Below the pieces are notes generated by a model that worked only from the letters and a program-made list of their open reading frames with translations, had not been told where the DNA came from and ran no database searches. From the NCBI GenBank assembly GCA_964035545.1, contig OZ037770.1, positions 13,630,642-13,694,641 of the forward strand: DNA of 64,000 nt. Reading direction: 5' to 3'. The first letter of the stretch is position 1; every line of letters starts with the position of its first letter. The DNA is from Bugula neritina (Eukaryota > Animalia > Bryozoa). Below, piece by piece: positions 14,001 to 27,466 of the stretch. A program made the translations under genes and the position numbers.

Positions 14001-15853
14001 CAAACGCATTCCCAGCTTTACTACGCTGCCTTTGGACGATCAAGTCACACTGCTTCGCTCAGGTATGTCCACTGATGTCTTCACATATTATATAATATTT
14101 TATTGTATCGGCTTATATTATATACTATTTTGTAGTGTTTTATGTTATCACATGGTATTTCATTTGTTGCATTACACTATATGTATTATATTATTTTGTA
14201 TTGTATTGTGTTATATTGTATTATACCACCTTATTGTTCATTATAATATAATGGATTATATTGCCTTATGGTATATTATGTAATTTTGTGTATATTCTAT
14301 TATAATACATTATAATATAGTGTAAAGTATTATATTACCTATTATTATTTTATAATGCATTGTATTATACTTTCTTATGTATATGTTATATTATGATTCA
14401 TTATATTCAAGTATAGTTTAATGTATTCTACCATCTTATTGTATATGATATTATAATGTATTATATCACCTATTAATATATTATATTCTAGTATAGTTTA
14501 ATGTATTTGTTATTGTACAGGTTGGAATGAGCTCCTTATAGCCAGTTTCTCCCACAGATCTGTCTCCATCATGGACGGCATCATTCTGGTGAACGGTCTC
14601 GTGGTACACCGAGCGTCTGCCCACCAGGCCGGTGTCGGCATGATATTTGACCGGGTGCTTACGGAGCTTGTGTCCAAGATGAGGGAGATGAACGTCGACA
14701 AAACGGAGCTCACCTGTCTCAAGGCCATCGTACTGTTCAACCCAGGTAGGTATCTATGTATATATATGTATGTGTGTATCTACATGTATATATGACTGTG
14801 TATGTCTACATGTATATATGTATGTGTGTATATCTACATGTATCTGTATGTGTGTATCGACATGCATTCTGATTACTTCCACATTCTTTCTGTACAAATC
14901 TTGCAGCTCTCTCTTATTCATTTTTTGGTGGATTTGTCCACTCTTTCTACTGTGCCTACTTGAGCTGTAGTCAATATTACACGTGATGTCTTCTGGCTAT
15001 TGTTTATTTCTGTGATAGTAAGGCTTTTGTAATAAATTAGTTGGAAACATTGTACAAACCTTTGTTCTTTTCCATGCATGTATGTACAGGTGTGTGTATG
15101 TACAGGTATGTGTATGTACAGGTATATGTATGTACAGGTATATGTATGTACAGGTATATGTATGTACAGGTATATGTATGTGCAGGTATGTCTGCGTGTA
15201 CAGATAAACTGTTTACTCCATTTAGATGCTAAGAGAGTGAACTCAGTGCAGGAGATTGAGAGACTGAGAGAGCAGGTATACGGTACTCTCGAGGAATACT
15301 GCAGGTCTACCTACAGAGATGAGCCCGGCAGGTTTGCTAAGCTCCTTCTCAGACTACCTGCCTTACGCAGTATCGGTAAGTAGTGCTACTGTCCCGCTGA
15401 AGGTCGTACTCATTGCTAATCAGTTACCTCTTCAGATAAACTATTTTCATATTACTATAGTTGTTTATATTGTAAGATCCTCCGACTCTTTTTAGCTATA
15501 GAAATACTGTGTTTCATATGATAAAGAATTCAACTTACCAAACCAGTCACTGAATTCATGTCTACAATTTATGCAAACTTCAACTATACAAATCAAGCTA
15601 TTAAGACAATGTTTTTTATTTTTACCTCTGCATTATTTTAGATTTTTGACGTTATATTGAATATTATATTGAGTAGTAAATTATGAGGTTATGTTGTGTT
15701 TACGGGTTTGTGTTACAAGAGCTGTGGAGTTGTTTCCTCTTTGCAGGTCTGAAGTGCCTTGAACATCTGTTCTTCTTCAAACTAGTTGGCGACACACCAA
15801 TTGACGACTTTCTGAAACGGTTGTTAGAGGGGCCCCACACACACCTCTCTTAG
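8047..15853 (+). CDS. RXR: Retinoid X receptor (NR2B nuclear receptor), 8 coding exons
   Basis: Exons ~8047-8242, 10592-10718, 11526-11683, 12128-12327, 13936-14062, 14521-14745, 15226-15375, 15747-15853, all GT-AG and phase-consistent. DBD: [39 protein letters not shown]...[12 protein letters not shown]: [65 protein letters not shown]. Confidence 0.97.
8203..8530 (+). repeat. 47-bp minisatellite x7 spanning the RXR exon 1 donor
   Basis: Unit GGCATACTGCATAGCCCGGTGTCTAGCATAGGATCTGCAG|GTAGGTT. Confidence 0.95.
10044..10192. repeat. (AGT)n imperfect microsatellite
   Basis: Seen directly, in RXR intron 1. Confidence 0.9.
11820..12020 (+). mobile_element. SINE copy, same family (RXR intron)
   Basis: Co-linear similarity to 37311-37520 with small indels. 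Confidence 0.8.
13195..13682 (+). repeat. Unclassified dispersed repeat, copy 1
   Basis: Shares GCACGGATGCCTATGT...GAAGGGTGAATGGATG and TTGCCTGCATCTTTA...GGAAAATTGAGCT...AAAGCTTTCACAAA with 21784-22073. Confidence 0.75.
13697..13835. mobile_element. Hairpin MITE, degenerate copy of the 55420-55585 family
   Basis: GAATGATTCTATAAGCAGC...GTAGTTTAGGATTCTTGAGTTTGGAGTTG with inverted counterparts. Termini and inner arm match the 55.4-kb copy. Confidence 0.7.
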
Positions 15854-16755
15854 ATTTGGTTCTATCAGCATGATGAACCAAGTCTCAGGAAAAAAGTCTG
15901 GCCTTAGTTTCAGAGAGAACATAGACTCGGTTCCAAGAAGAAATAAAAATTACTGCGGATATAAAAGACAAGTCGGTTTCAGTATATGACGACAATTATT
16001 CCTATTAAAATATTATACAATAGTTAAAAACTATTGAACATATAGACTGCGCTGCTAGTTTGTAATATTACTGTTCAGTATTCATAGATATATATACACG
16101 CAGACAGTGGCGTTATATTATATGCCAGTTGCTCTGTTTTAGTATAAAATGTGCCATAGTTGTGTTCTCTTTCACACTGCCTGTATACTAAGTACACTGA
16201 AATATTCAGGGTATTTTGTTATAGAATATGTCAATACAATATTTATGCTAGTTTCATCTTTTTATTTGGCGGCTTTAGCTGGTTTTATCTTATCTCAAGG
16301 GATATTTCAAGTCGGGTAGATGTGTATTTTCAAATTATTGACATCCATTTTAGTATAATTTTGCAAATAATTTTTGTACATACAAAAAACATTTTATGCT
16401 TTGCTACTCATGCTGAATGGACATATACACCATCAAAAACTTTTTATCCTTATATTTTATAACATGCTGCATTGTTTATGTCAAATTACTGTTCATCAAA
16501 ATTATGTCAATAAAGTTGGTAGTCAGTTTTATTGTCTGTAATCACAGTGTAAGGTTACAGCTGTTGCCTTTTTTCTTATCAAAAAGTAACAAAATAATAA
16601 ATTAAGCAGACACCTCTAAGAAATAATGTCTCCAAATACTGTGAGGCATATTTAATGTAATATAAAAACAAGCACCTGTTGCTAAGTTTCATGGAAAAGT
16701 ACACATGTAAATACCTGAGAATAGAGGTCATTGGGTAAGACAAGAAGTCATTCTC

Positions 16756-19700
16756 TCATGAATCTGTTAAGGTGCGCACTGAAACTCGGCAATTGAGTTC
16801 ATTCATTGGCTTGCATGTGAGCTGCTGGCCAATCAGAAATGACTCAGAGGGATGCAACTCCATACTATAGTGCTGAAAGAACTTGGCCAACAGTAACTTC
16901 ATCTCCATCTGCAAAACATAGCCTCGGCTCTGTGAAACATCGCATTATTAAACATTAAAGTCTTAGTAATTTTAAGTTATTTTTTCCACCACATAATGTG
17001 GACAGACAACTCCTTTTTCTTGTGTTATCAAAGTTTATACATGGGTTATTAAACTATAATCATCAAGACATGATGTTACAATAACAGTTTATATAAACTG
17101 AATCTGTTGCGATTATTGCTTTTATTTTATACACTAACTGTGCATTGCTTATTAAGAGTTATCCTCCCATTATGTGATGTACTTTTCATGAATAGTTAAA
17201 AGTTATCTTCTTATGTGTTGGATAATAATAGAACAGGAGCATAATAAAAACACATTTGAGCCTGAGAAGCAATAATAAGTAGGTATATTAAATAGCGAGT
17301 ATGGATTGAGTAGCCAACAAATAAGAAATGTTCTCAGACTAGGAAATGCACCAACCTGAGCAAATGTCTGTCCAACACAGTTCCTTGCTCCAAGAGAAAA
17401 GGAGAGAAAGGAATATGAGGGAACTCTGTGTAGTATTAAGAGAAAAGAATATTGTGTTATCACTTTTATCTACTAGTCCAAGTTTAAGGAGTTGTCAACC
17501 CCTTTGACTGACTGAAATTATGTTTATACACTTTGCGGTATTCTAGTATAAAACTAGACCAATTTTTTGTCTTTCAATATTAGACTAAAAGTATAGCTAG
17601 TTACTACAGAAACTGAATCATCTAATAATCATTTTTGATTAATTTCTTTACTGCCTGACTGAAACAGAGTCGATTACAAAATGCATGCAGTGTTTGTTGT
17701 AATTAATAAAAAAACTATACAATTATTACTATAAATGATGTATAAAGGCAAAGTAGCATGGTTTATATATTTGATTGAACATTTTAACATATTCTAAGAA
17801 ATATAATAATCATGTATTTAAACAGAAATTTATACCTTTTAGCAGCCTTGGGATCAAACCTATCAGGGTCAAACTTGTCGGGATTCTCAACGTACCGGCC
17901 ATCGTTGTTGGCTCCAGGAATATTTAACTACAGAAAAGAAGAGTATATATAATATACTAGTAACCCTCTGCATGATATGAAACTGTGATATATGAATCTA
18001 ACAAGAAGCCAACAATAATATAGGTTAAACTTGGACAGCCAGTAACTTATAATTAAATAGCCAATAAGCTAAACCTAAACTAAATGGGTCAAAAGATTGG
18101 AATTGAATAGCCAATAGGCTACATTGTATGTCAGTACAATTAGCTTACAATTATGTTGCTATTGGCAGGGATTTTCCAACCATCAAGCTCAGTTTCCCTG
18201 GTATTACATCGCAGTGCTCCCGGCACCACAGAGTATTTCCTCAACGATTCTTTGATCAGAAGTGATGTGAAAGAGAGCTTCGTGATGTCATCATAAGTTA
18301 TGAAAGGTCTTTGACCAACGACTTCGTCAACTTCCGCCAGCAATCTGTGAATTGAACCACTAAATGTAGATGCATAGTAATTTAAAATGCAATGCAGGCT
18401 CGAAAGTGTTGAATTGAATAATTACAATTAAGAGTTGTTTTACTTTAAAATAACTCAGAGATGAAATATTTTTAGAGTTGTCCCATGTTGGAACTTTTTG
18501 CAGCTCATAGAACTAAAAATATTGAAATTAATAATCACAAAAACATCACATTACCCCATGTCATATCACATCATATCGATCTATATTATAGCATAGGTGT
18601 GCATTATACAAACATCGATCCTGACCAATGAGATGAGCTATTACATGAGTGACTGTTCACTTTCTCGGCTAACTTCTACACATCTGAATGAATTTGCACT
18701 TGAAACAGCACAGAAATTAAATTTTGCTACTTCAGCTGACCAAAAGAAATTTTGCTTTGCTTCGAAACACAAGCAATTTGAATTTCTTGATAATTGGATG
18801 CACTTGCTCTGAACAAAACATCATAATGTGGTTGGAGGCTGAATGCCGGTACTTGCTATATTTTAATGAGACAGTAAAAATAATAAGAGAGTTGCAAAGT
18901 AAGTAATAAGTGACAGATTTATTAATTATATTCACTTTGTAAAATTTTTTCATATTTTCAGCTTGTGTTCTTGTCAATAATTTTATCCAATGATCTCTTA
19001 AAGAGGTTTTTGACTACAAGTTGAAAATAATTTGCCAGGACTTCATAGGAGGTACTAATGACTTGCCTCAAAATGTGGAGCACCTGCACTAATTGTTTAG
19101 GAGAAAAGGTCAATAACGTCTGCATTACACAAATCTATTCATGTTTTGAGGCTTAGTTTCATATTATTTGTATTACATTATGTTTTGTTATTATAAAAAA
19201 CAGCATTTAAACGTAAAGCACACTACCTTTATAAAACATAGACTGTCAAGTGCATGAAAACTCCCAAAGCTGTTCACTAGACATTTTAATTTTTTTATTG
19301 TTGAGATTTTAAGACATGGCCTTAGAGTAAAAACAAATGACGCTAACCTTTGCAGCAAATCAGGTCTACGCCCCAACTCCATGAAGATAAAGGCCATGCA
19401 ATTAGCTGATGTTTCCATTCCGGCCAAAATCATAGTGACAAAATCATCAACTATAGTCTGGAAATCATATGCTGAAACAGACACAACACATAGGTGTACA
19501 GAGATTCTCCTTGTGCTGTGAAAGGCAAACAACACATCACTAGAATAGCTCTGATGAAATACTACGGTATATAAGACAGTTGCTATAAAACAACAGCTAT
19601 AACTACTCATGTCCTGCAATATTCTTTTAATATTTTAAACCCATGCAAAATTTATTCTACCAATCACAAGTCAGCACACATCAACAATCCCAACCAATTT

Positions 19701-22700
19701 CTATGACTATACTGATAATGGGGCAGCATTAACTTGATTCAACAAAACACATAACCAAAACACATAAAATTGCAGCTTAAATTTATTAATTTCAAATTAA
19801 TAACTGATTATATACAAAGGAGGGTCATTTCAACTAATATTATATAGCCTAACGAAAACAGGTTACTGAATAGAATGCTACTTTCGATGTTATTGCAATA
19901 CCAGCAAGCATTGGATATTAGTCAAGGCATGCCTGTACACTTACTGTGTAACAATGAATTTACAGACATTTTCTGCATATGGATTTTCTGTTTTTGCAAA
20001 ATACAGCTCGTGTGCGTGCAAATAAGTGGGTGTAAAGTGACATCATAGTCTTTTAAAAGTACAGCTTCATTTATACATTTATTCACATATATCTGAATAT
20101 AGCTACCATTTACAGACTGTTTGAGGGTTGTATGCTCAAACAATTTTGTTTAGAACTACATAAACTTTGTGTCCTGAATTAATTTGAAATTTCTGATCAC
20201 CTGCTGATGGCATTTATGCCAGGCTCTAAAGTTTGTGAAATTATGCAGCCAATATTAATTATAACTGACTTTCATTGCTATACTTAGCTGCTGCAACACA
20301 CATCCTAATCAACTCAAACTACAGTTATATATACAATTAAAACAGTTTGAACGTCACAAATAAAAACAGACAGTCCTCATTTTCAAACTGTTGCTAGCCA
20401 AGCAGATGTCACCATAGCCATTAGTGAGGAGTTGTAACACTAAAAACCTTCAGGAATACTTACATCTGCACATTCATTCTCATATTCAACTTGGTTTACA
20501 CATGAAGAAAATAATTATGAAACACATTTCTTATGCTAATTACTTTCCGAAGTCACCAATGCACTGAGCAAATCGTCTGACACATCTTCTTTGTTTAGAA
20601 GAGCTGCCTGTCTTTTTAAAATTATATCTTCACCAATCTGCCGAAAAGATTTCATCAGTCCTCGTATCTCCTCACGATATTTGTAATAATATGGACTGTA
20701 CTAGAGAATAATATAGCAACAAGTGAGGAGAAAACACAAACATAATATTTATATTGACTGTATGGGTTTGTGCCCAGTCTAGAGCAAAGGGTGCATGTAA
20801 TTGCAATGAAATTTGATTTTCAGAAAAATAACATTTATGGTATTATGAAATATATACAACTTTAGCAAGATGTGCTGTTACAGTTACAAAACCATGCTCG
20901 GAAAGTCATTATTATTTAGAAGTATGATAAATAATTTAAAAGTTCCTCTTAAAAATTATATTTTGAAAATTTACAATCTATAGCTATACGGTATAAAACT
21001 TATAGCTATAGTATGTAACTTATAAACTTATAGCTATAGTATATGTAAAACAGAAAAACATGCACTTAAAGAAATGTGTTATGACTCTAACCTCCATTAG
21101 TGGAATCTGTTTTTTCTGAATTGCCTCAAATGATTTTGTGACAAAGTCAATTGCTTGGTTGTGAAATTCAGTGTGCAAATCGTTTGTATCTATAGAGAAC
21201 ATTACCTAAAAATATGACATGTGCATACGTGTTTGGTGTGTATGTGTAGGTGGTGTGTTTATGTGTATGTGTGTGAGTGTGAGTGTGTGTGTAAAAACTT
21301 TACACACAATAACATGCTCATAATACCAACATTAACTATCAGTTTGTCTCATGTGCTAACAAGTTATTTTCCCACCTTTCGCCAAGTTTTAACGAAAGGC
21401 AGATGGAAACTCAGGTCTAGTCTGATTTAGCTGCTTTGAAATATTCCACCTACCTTCATAATCACATCCAGGGTGGTGTGGTGTAACAAGGGAGACAACT
21501 TAAAATATTCTCCTGACTCAACATGGTGCTGTAGCCCAGCTATAAATTTATCTCCAGAAAAATTAAAGGATTCAATCGCTAATTTAAGTTGTTTCCTGTG
21601 AAAGAATGGATCCACAACTTTCCTCCGCAAATACCAGCCATCATGGTCTATAGCTGTGACCAGGCCATCTCCAAGCAGCCTTGAAAGACATAGTTCCAAC
21701 ACAAATTACATCATTTGTAGTTAAAACAGCTAGAAGCATAGAAGCAGCAATTTAAAAAAAAAGTTTAATGTTTTCTGCGACAGCACAGATGCCTATGTGT
21801 TGCGATTAATTTGATGAAGGGTGAATGGATGGAGGACACAACTCAACCTTTTGTCTAATGCCAACAGTTTATATTTTTCACAAAACTCAAACTCAAACTG
21901 TAACAATTATTTAGACAATAAAGTTTAAGTTGCCTGCATCTTTAACAAGAGGAAAATTGAGCTGTACTGCCTCATTAAACAAAAGCTACCAGTAAAAAGC
22001 TATTGCAAAAGCTTTCACAAAAAGCTTTCATAAAACAATACTTTTCTTAAAACTAGAACAAAAAGCTCCTGCAACATTTAGTTCCTTAATAATTTTCATT
22101 TTCATACAGTAATAATGTGATGGAGTGGCAGTCTATAGTCATTCCGTATAAAATTTTCAAAGTTGGATTAAAATTTGCAAAATCAATTCTAGTAGAAATA
22201 ATTATTCATTTGTCTACTAGCCTTGCAATGGTTCATATTAAAATTACTCTGTTGCTCTACTAAAAGTTCAACACATTTATATACCTGATTACTCAACTTC
22301 CTTATAATATACTTCATAGCAGATTCATATGGACAGTCTAAATACACAGCAAATACAAGTTTGAGTGATATCACTAAAATTTCCAATTACTACCGTAGTT
22401 CCTAACCTCTGTCCAAAAAGAGTTCGTGCGTCAAAGAATTCACTCTTGAGAAAGAGTTGTGGGTCACTATCTACCAGAACTGTCTTGAGCATACTTTGTC
22501 CTTTGATGATTATAAGTGGTCTGTGAAGAATGAAAAGTAGGTACAAGTCACCATATTCATAGGACCTACAATAAGCATTACAAAATAGGTCATCATATTG
22601 ATATATTCGTATGACCTATATAAAATAGGTCACTATATTTATATATTCGTATGACCTATATAAAATAGGTCACTATATTTATATATTCGTATGACCTATA

Positions 22701-24461
22701 TAAAATAGGTCATCATATTTATGAGAAACAAAGTACAAGCAAGCTGCTAGCACAATGTTTCACCAGATCATAAATATAGCCTACTAATAATACTGCTGAA
22801 AAAGTGGAAAACGAAAACACAAAAAGTGGGCTCACTAAATATGAAAAGCCAATTAAATTGATTTTGCAAACTCTTTCTGCATTGGCATTTCAACCACATA
22901 AAATTTGTACAAAATAGCTCAGCTTCAGCTTCTTTAGTTGTCAGTATGGAAAATCTGCTTCATGTTTATTAATTGACAGGTTGAATTGGTTTGTAAAAAT
23001 ACAATGTGTGCACTTTTGGCCCTATCTGCATGTGAGACAGCTCAGTTGACTTTTAGCAAAACTTAAAGCTAAAAATTTGATTGTCTTTCAACAACTAGAA
23101 GTGCATAGATAGACAACATTTCTCATTGTAGCCAGTTTACTAGTTGCTAGCAGTTGATGTTCAGATAACTTATCTTATGAGTTAATGCAAACACACCTTC
23201 GGCCAGGTAGCAAGGTCAGCTATGTGTTAGACTGTTAGAGTAAGATAACAGCGTGTGTGTCTAGCTTTCCACAGTCACTAGGTGCTGCTAGTGACTGTGG
23301 ACAGCGTACCCCCTCCCCAACCTTAACCACTGTATATACCAGATAATCACAACTAAGTTCTATACATAAAATAAAATACTATATCAATTTTTGAAACTGC
23401 TACAGATAGAAAGAAACAATATATTTTAAAGAAATGTATTAAAAGACGCTGTTGGTATTTCAGAGTGATTGAAAATATGGCAGATTTATGTTTTTCACTA
23501 TTGTCTTTACTCTTATTATTATCATATATAATTAGTATATCAAATTATCATTATTATTAATGCAGTGCAGAACACATGGTATGTATACATTATATTAAAT
23601 TTGAATGTTAATTAATTTCAAGTTGAATTTTGAAAAATGCCATAAAACTTTACTTGCAGAGTACAGAATAAAAATCCTTTCAGAGTTTCAATAAACTTAC
23701 CATTCAGTCCATTTTTGAAAAGCCAAAGGTTTAACCTTTGCGTGACCTTCAGACAATTCTAAACAATCTCGGGGGTGGCGTGTGCTGCGGAAAATTTCGG
23801 GGGCATTCCCTAAAAAGAAACTAACGCCAAACCATACATTATTGTAGTCTTACTTCACGTTTCTTATATAAATCAGATCAAACTGAATGGAGAAAGATTG
23901 TCAGTATTGCATACAGAACAAAAGTGAAACAAGTGTTGAGGTGTGGGTGAGTGGAGAGGGATTGTCAGTGTTGCAGACAGGCCAAAGGTCAAACATGTAT
24001 ATATGAGGTTGGTGTATAAACAGGTATTGGAGCGGGGTGTATATAAACAGGTATTGGGGGTGTTTAAACAGGCATTGGAGGGGGGGTGTATAAACAGGTA
24101 TCGGGTGATGTATAAACAGGTAATGGAGAGGGGGGAGGGGTAGGGTGTATATGAATAGACTTATGTGGTTGTCTTATATTAAACCTATTTGCAAAACCAG
24201 ACAACAGATGATAAACTTTCAATAAGAATTCTGTATCTTATTTTATTAAAAAAATTCTTGTACCATAAAGTGGAGATTTGATGAGGGATAAAACTGAATG
24301 TCAAGATAAACCAACCTGGTTCTTTTTGGACCAGGCAGATGGTCATACTTGGCATGCAAGTAAGCCAAAAAGATGATGTAATAACCAGCTGTGCATAATA
24401 TTAGGGTCAAGGCTAAAATTCCAACTGTAGATATCAAGTCATAGAAGTCCATGATTGCCAT
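16756..24461 (-). CDS. Cytochrome P450, CYP46A1 (cholesterol 24-hydroxylase)-like, 11 coding exons
   Basis: Exons ~24461-24316, 23820-23701, 22565-22407, 21679-21454, 21205-21092, 20700-20544, 19471-19348, 18344-18149, 17927-17836, 17425-17356, 16908-16756. N-terminal TM helix followed by HLPGPKRTSFFLGN, I-helix AGMETS, K-helix ESLR, PDRF, and heme motif FSLGARNCVG. The CYP46-like assignment rests on the N-terminus and the RLLGDGLVT / FSLGxRxCxGQ resemblance. Confidence 0.93.
21784..22073 (+). repeat. Unclassified dispersed repeat, copy 2
   Basis: Co-linear with 13195-13682 but lacks ~200 bp of the middle. Confidence 0.75.
22553..22720 (-). repeat. 40-bp minisatellite spanning the P450 exon 3 acceptor
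   Basis: Unit ATATATTCGTATGACCTATATAAAATAGGTCACTATATTT x3, next to the true junction ATATTCATAGGAC|CTAC. Confidence 0.85.
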
Positions 24462-24664
24462 CTACAGAAAAAATTTAATAATAAATTATTTTTGATTAAA
24501 AATAATTATCCTTATACACAATGCTACCCGATAAAATTAAAATGCTAACACCTAGTTTTTAGTGGTTAATTATTTAATATCAAGATTTATTTTCTTTTAA
24601 ATCAAAATGACCAATTTTCAAATTTTAGAATTAAACTTGGGATGAAGAAGAATAGCTTCTTTAC

Positions 24665-25890
24665 ATCTTGATCTTGATTGGGTTAAGTTCCAAGATCTCT
24701 CGGAGAGAGTAATTGTTGGACCCTCGGATCTATCCAGGCTCAAAAATCCGCTACTATCTCCCCCGTATGGAGCTCCCGGACAGTGCGCAACAGGAAACCC
24801 TGCAGGTACAGACTCGAATCGCAGGCTATAGCATTGTAGGTGTTAATACGGGTATTCATGTTATGAGTTGAGGATTTCATAGATTTAAGTGTGTTATTTA
24901 AGGTTGGAAATAAATCATCATTAGCAGTAATATGACACAACAAAGAAATTCTCTGTGACTGTCTGCGCTTTCTTAATGTTTCTAGGCCTAGGTCAAATTT
25001 GGCATCTGTTACCGATACTTCTCTACCCTTAAAATTTTTAATAAACCGTACAGCCCTATTTTGAGTAACTTTTAATTTTGTTATTAGATGTTTATTGCAT
25101 GGGTCCCATACTTCAGCAGCATATTCCAGGAGAGGTCTACAAAGAGTTTTATATGCAAGAATTTTAACATTCTCTGGGGCATTTCCTAGTGTGAGCTTGA
25201 TTAAACCTAATACTCTGTATGCCTTTGATATGACATTTTCGACATGCTTATTCCATTTCAAATCTGCTGATAGCAATATTCCAAGGTATTTTACAACTCT
25301 AACTCTATTCAGGGGATCTTCTCCTAATTTATAAATGAAGACATTTTCCATATTTTCTGTTTTCTTACCAAAGGTGATGACATTACTTTTCTTTGAGTTA
25401 AACTTCATATTGTTTTCTTTTACCCACCTATAAAGTCTAGAAAGATCTCCCTGTAGTTTATGATGATCATTTGGATCAGTAATGGGCAGATAAACAAGGG
25501 TGTCCTCAGCAAAAAGCCTGATTGTACTATGTGTAACACAGTTTACAATGTCATTAATAAACAAAACGAATAATGTTGGACCCAGCACACTTCCTTGCGG
25601 AACCCCGGAAGTCACTGGTGCTAAGTCCGAAGATACCTCGTCAATGACCACTCGTTGTGAGCGTCCAGTTAAGAATGATAAAACCCATCGGATAATACAG
25701 GGATTTATTTTTAACAATATAAATTTATTTACAAGGATATGATGATCAATTACATCAAAGGCTTTAGAAAAATCCAGCACAACTGTATCTACAAAATGCC
25801 CTTTATCTATATGCCTTAATAAATCGTGGTTGACAGTAGCAAGCTGAGTAACACATGAAAAGTTGCGGTGAAAAACATGTTCCAAACTTA
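24665..25890 (-). mobile_element. 5'-truncated non-LTR retrotransposon (CR1/L2/Jockey-group) RT fragment, probably in the 5'-UTR intron of the P450
   Basis: ORF 24740-25885 carries RT motifs LDFSKAFD, GVPQGSVLGP, FAED (degenerate YADD), KYLG and RPLLEYA. No endonuclease domain is present. The 3' end finishes in a short AAGATC/TCAAGA repeat at ~24665-24678. Confidence 0.92.
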
Positions 25891-26399
25891 TGATTAAGTA
25901 ATGAACTAGACAGCAAAATTTTAATTAGATTAGTGAAGCAAACCCTGCTGAAACTGCTACAGGCCAATATGCAATCTTGGAACTTTAATTGAATATAATT
26001 AATAAAATTTACGAGCTATTCGATCTACTAATCTAACTCTAAGTGAGTAACTTGCACACACAAACTTGGATTTTGAAAATATACAATTCAAGAATAAAAT
26101 ATATATTACCTTGACAGACAAAATGAGTAACTGTCAAGTAAATTAACTAATAGGTAACTTACTAATATTGTGTTAATGCTAATGGTTACTAGTTCAGCAA
26201 TGAGTAGTTTTAATGTTATTAAAATAACTTCAAGAATCAACTAATCTATTGCAGTTAGTCATGATTTACTAATCTATTTGATAGTGATTATATAAATTAC
26301 TTCGATTTTAATTGCCACTTAAAAACGAATAAGGAATACCCCTAGAATAAAATACTTAGATGTATTACCGAAACAATCTGAACTAGCTTATCATCACCA

Positions 26400-26720
26400 T
26401 GGCACTTTAACAAGGTTTCGTGCTGCAGTTCACATACAAGTCTGCAAAATTGTCGTCTGATAAAACACGTGCTTTTAAAATGTGTTTTCCAGCAAGAATA
26501 GTTCAAGTTGATATAAACTTACGGGTCGCTCACGACGACGGACCTTGTTTTGCCTAAACAAAGATCTGCGTGCTATAACTTAGTTGGTTACATATTCACC
26601 CAATAAAGGATTTAGAGGACCAAATATTTGTTGTTATTGGTTGCATGATAAGCGTGCCTGATTGGCTATTACTGTGAGGAAGTACCGTCCTTGACATTTG
26701 TCAATGGAGTAATGCAACGT
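26400..26720. promoter_or_regulatory. Putative bidirectional promoter core between the divergent P450 and SLC33A1 genes
   Basis: Local CpG enrichment, CCAAT/ATTGG boxes (26600, 26636, 26661), CACGTG (26466) and GGAAGT (26678), lying between two head-to-head genes. Confidence 0.45.
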
Positions 26721-27466
26721 ATCATGATCATTATAATTCTCATAATCATGATCGTGATATTCCCAGAGTAAACACTAATTAGTGATTATTTGCATTAAAA
26801 ATCACTACAATCATATTCCTTAATAATAATGTATAGTTTGTCAACATAACTTCTTTTTTACCACGATTGCATACCTATATTAATATTGGGGTGTTACTTT
26901 TTAATACTGATAGTGATAGTGAATGTGATAGTAAATTTAAATCAATAAAATTATAAATGTAATACTTAGGCCTATAGTGTTAGTGCTGCATTTTATAATT
27001 ATTTTAAATTTATACTTGTAGTTGTTCAACAAGTATAAAATAAAAATGTATCATTATTAATAATAATAATAATTGAGTATTAAGAAGTGTTACTGTTATC
27101 ATCATGTTGATAATCATAATGATTTATCATAACGTTACGGAGTAATTTTCACTTGAGTTTGAGTTTGTTACGCAAGTTGATGTTAGTCATGTCTTAAAAC
27201 TAATAGTTTACAGCTCTTATATTTAGTCACTTATCATCTAAAGCTAACTATTTTAAAATGTTTTTCAATATAATAATGTGTTAACAATGCTCCTTAAACT
27301 GTCTGTTCTTTACAAGCCAATATGATTAGTTTTGTAGGTAAAAGCGTCACACTCATCATGTAATATACACAGAGTTGAGTATGCAATGTTCTTGTATATC
27401 ATGTTATGATTTAATCATTGTTTTATTAAATAGTCAGTGTGAATTACTTGCCTATGCTCGCACACA

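Noticed and set aside
24740-25885. RT as an active or domesticated gene (or a retron-like system)
   Set aside because: It is 5'-truncated, lacks an endonuclease, has a catalytic motif altered to FAED, and has a typical LINE tail. It is an ordinary dead insertion.
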